A DNA stretch of 64,000 bases from Zootoca vivipara (taxonomy: Eukaryota), in contig NC_083277.1 of NCBI RefSeq assembly GCF_963506605.1, forward strand, positions 92,132,001 through 92,196,000, given 5' to 3'. Under the pieces are notes generated by a model. That model searched no databases, was not told where the DNA came from, and worked only from the letters and a program-made list of their open reading frames with translations. Each line of letters begins with the position of its first letter. Position 1 is the stretch's first letter. The position numbers and the translations under genes were made by a program. Positions 60,921 to 64,000 of this stretch are shown here, in pieces.

Positions 60921-63136
60921 CTTTACATAGATTAGAACCTTGACTGTGAAGGGTTCCCAAATGTGCCCTCTCGCTTTGTAAATGTAAAAGATGTTAGTGG
61001 ATCATGGGGATCCCAATAAAAGAAAACAGAGCATGTAAGAATGAAGTCAGCCCTCCCTCTGCGCTTGCATTTGCATGCCTAGTGAAGATGTCCCAAACAA
61101 TTTGGTTCATTGTACTCTTTGTTCTTTGTTCTTGCTAGTTAATCATCTTCGGCTTGTATATGCTGCCTTTGTGGCGACACATATGGCGCTGCCCTAGAAT
61201 GAACAGCATTTCTTTCACATTTTGCCCTGGTCAGTTTTGCTATAGAAATCAGGTTAAACCGGGTGTCTCTGCGGAAGGTAGCACAGTGCAGAGTCTCTGA
61301 GCTGAATTACCTGGAGCAGATGAAACATGAAATGCAAATCTGTCGTGATACCTTGCATGTTCTGCAATCTGCTGCTTTCATAGCTGGGGGAAAGGGGAAG
61401 AAACATCTGAGAAGCGGGGCTTGGTGTGATAAATGGCGGCTCTTGCTTACAATGAGAAATGTGAAAGCCTTTGAGTACAACACTATTACAACCGTACCCA
61501 CTACAAAGCAAGGGTAGAAACTGGTGGAGGCTGAATGGGGCACAACCCCACCAATATCAATATGCCCTTGGCCAGCTCCCACCTGCCTGCCTTCTTATTT
61601 ATAGGAGTGGCCCAAGCTGTCAGCTTCTTCCTTCTTTGTCTCAGTGTTGCCCTTGTAAGAACTTAGCAGGGTGGAGAATGGGGGCAAAACCAGGATTAGT
61701 TGGTTCTGCCATTGGCTTTTGTGGGGAAAGTGGGGTTGACAAGGCACTTGAAAGGAGCGGAGAGTCGATATATGGGAAGGAAGGAAGTAGCCAGAAAGAG
61801 GGGAATAAACTTAAGAGACAGCACATGGGCAGTGCATTACAATTCCTAAACAACTGGCAGAAAACCCACTGGGAAGAATTCAACAGTGCTTCAGCATGCT
61901 GGATGGAACAATTACCGGTACTCCTCTTTTCCCCGCACACTGGTTTTTTTGGGGGGGGGCGGGGTTCTACCAACACTAACCCCCAGCTCAAGTTCGGGGA
62001 GTATGGATGTGAGGAGAAAGAAGGGGAGAAAGTCCTGCTGCACAGACAAAAGTTGTTGTGCAGGGCTTCTGCTGACAGGACTCATTTCCAGGTGATTTTG
62101 GGGGGAGTTAGGGAGCCGCTGTTCTAGGGCACATTCTCAATCCAGGCAGGGCAACAGTCCCCCATGCAAACTGAGTGTGAGACTAGAACATGCTCTCCAA
62201 ACCTCAGCCACATGAACAACTGCCATAGCAGGTACACGGGTGTTTCTTGGCAGATGAGCTAATGTGGAAAAGGGTTCTTTGAAGACAGAAAATGTGAGCA
62301 CCACTGAACATTCAGGTCCCAGGTGTTGAATATGTCCCACACTGAAATGTCAGAGGTATTTTCATAGGCGAGATCTCTGCAAAATACTTTAAAGGGCAAT
62401 CGGGAGGTAACCTGCTTCAAAAACCCTTCTAAGCAGAAAAAGACATGCAGAAGCTAGCATTGCTTTAATTCTCTTCTCTCAGGTGTCAGGTGAAATGGTT
62501 TATTTCTTGTGGAAATAACTTTCCATAGGCAATGGAAGGTGTGGATGTGCTCTAGTCGGAACTGCCATGTACCCTGCAATGCTTTTGCAATTCCATTGGA
62601 ATCAGTGGGACAAAAGTGTCTCACTTTGCCTAGATTGCACCCTTGATAAGTACTTTATACAGTTACAGACTGTATACTTTTGATCCCTGGAATGTTACAA
62701 ATTGTGTCAGATGCTTTTAGGTTTTTCATGACTTCCTTGCTCAGTCTGTGTGGGCTTTTCAGTGGAGTAAAATTGAATGCGGATTTGCCAGTTCGTTATG
62801 CGATAAATTGGCAAAATGTGGAGCAAAATGGCAAATAGGGGAACGATGCATGGCTGTTTACTTCGCTTTCTAGAACTCAGCTTTGTAATATGTTCTTCAC
62901 ACTATTTTTCTGCTGGTTTCATAACTTGTAGCATTTGATACTCAAATTTTGACTGATCTGACATGTGCTGAAGTCAAGGAGTGTGCAGTTTCTCAGCAGG
63001 AAAGGTTTTAATTTCTCAGAGTGAATGAGAAGAAGGTGGCAGAGTGTACTAATTCTCAAGCGCTACCCTGTCCTGAAGGAACAGGACGCCTTTTGTGTGC
63101 ATCTTGGATTAACAAGCTTGTGTTTCTATTCACCAG

Positions 63137-63221
63137 ATAAAGCCACCAATCCCCTGAATAGGCAAGAAGACTGGGAGTACATCATTGGCTTCTGCGATCA
63201 GATCAACAAAGAACTTGAAGG
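63137..63221 (+). CDS. GGA3: GGA3 coding exon 2 (VHS domain), 85 nt
   Basis: NKATNPLNRQEDWEYIIGFCDQINKELEG; cag/gtgtgt. Confidence 0.97.
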
Positions 63222-63649
63222 GTGTGTGTCCAGAATTCAAACCGCATTGCAAGGTTTTGTAGAAGTAATTTTAAATAAGCACGGGTGCTTTGATGATTAA
63301 TTTAATGTGAAAGTGTTATATAGGGACAGGCAGCCAATACTTTATGTAGACAATTTTGTTTCACAGGAGGGCCCCTCCTAAAATCTGGAAGTTAAAGGTG
63401 TTTCCCCCCCCCCCAGGGTATGCTTGCAGATAAAATGTTGAAAAATGTGACTGCAGCTTATGTATTTAAGCTGCAAAAGTGAAGCCTATGTCATCTGAAT
63501 CACAGTTTTTCACCTGTTTACCTCTGCCTGTGTTTCCTATCCCTGCCTTCGTTGTTTCCTTTGTGTCAATTTCTATATTGTAATCTTCTTGAGGTATGAA
63601 CCCTTCTGTCCTCTCCTTCTTTATAAAGCATCATCTACACAGACAGCAC

Positions 63650-63699
<50 letters not shown>

Positions 63700-63716
63700 G
63701 CAAGCAAGCAAGCAAG
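63650..63716. repeat. Compound (AACT)n(AAGC)n tetranucleotide microsatellite
   Basis: Direct read. Confidence 0.95.
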
Positions 63717-64000
63717 TAAATAAGTAATTATTTCAGTCCACAGATAGCTGTGAGATTGCTGGCTCATAAAATCCAGTCACCGCAGGAATGGGAAGCAGTC
63801 CAGGCCTTGACTGTAAGTGTTCTTTAATTCTGCTTTATAAATTCTGTCCACTGTCTGTGTATTCAGACAGCATGATTTACACCAGTGTCTGTTGGGGTCT
63901 GCACAGGTAGTCTGCTATGCAGACATGACATCCAGTTGTAAGGGCCAACTGGCACAGTGACAATTCTAATTATCTTCTCTGTAAGTCATACCTCGGAAGT

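Noticed and set aside
61471-62127. 218-aa ORF in GGA3 intron 1 as an alternative first exon
   Set aside because: No recognisable homology; its candidate donor is phase 0 while GGA3 exon 2 needs phase 1

Overview
Vertebrate nuclear DNA from a squamate, probably a lacertid lizard (inferred from the Sauria SINE, BovB and Squam3-type repeats). The window holds the conserved syntenic block GRB2 (last three coding exons and 3' UTR, +), SLC25A19 (complete, 6 coding exons, 324 aa, +), MIF4GD (complete, 5 coding exons, 222 aa, +), MRPS7 (complete, 5 coding exons, 240 aa, -) and GGA3 (first two coding exons, +). MRPS7 and GGA3 share a head-to-head promoter. All exon boundaries were read from GT-AG sites and the exons join in frame. 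Introns and intergenic DNA are rich in transposons: a young 5'-truncated BovB LINE with an uninterrupted RT frame, five Sauria SINEs, many hAT and Tigger-like MITEs with readable TSDs, a non-autonomous Helitron, L2/CR1 fragments and two Penelope-like insertions. I found no new multi-gene system. The best leads are RNA-level or regulatory. (1) A Penelope-like element in SLC25A19 intron 1 carries a minimal hammerhead ribozyme motif on each strand inside a ~172-bp inverted repeat. (2) The BovB ORF lacks the start of its endonuclease and has gained a flanking in-frame ATG. (3) Some MITEs carry promoter-type motifs (ZNF143/THAP11, NRF1, GABP). (4) GRB2 shows a G200D change. Most other ORF-track entries are spurious.
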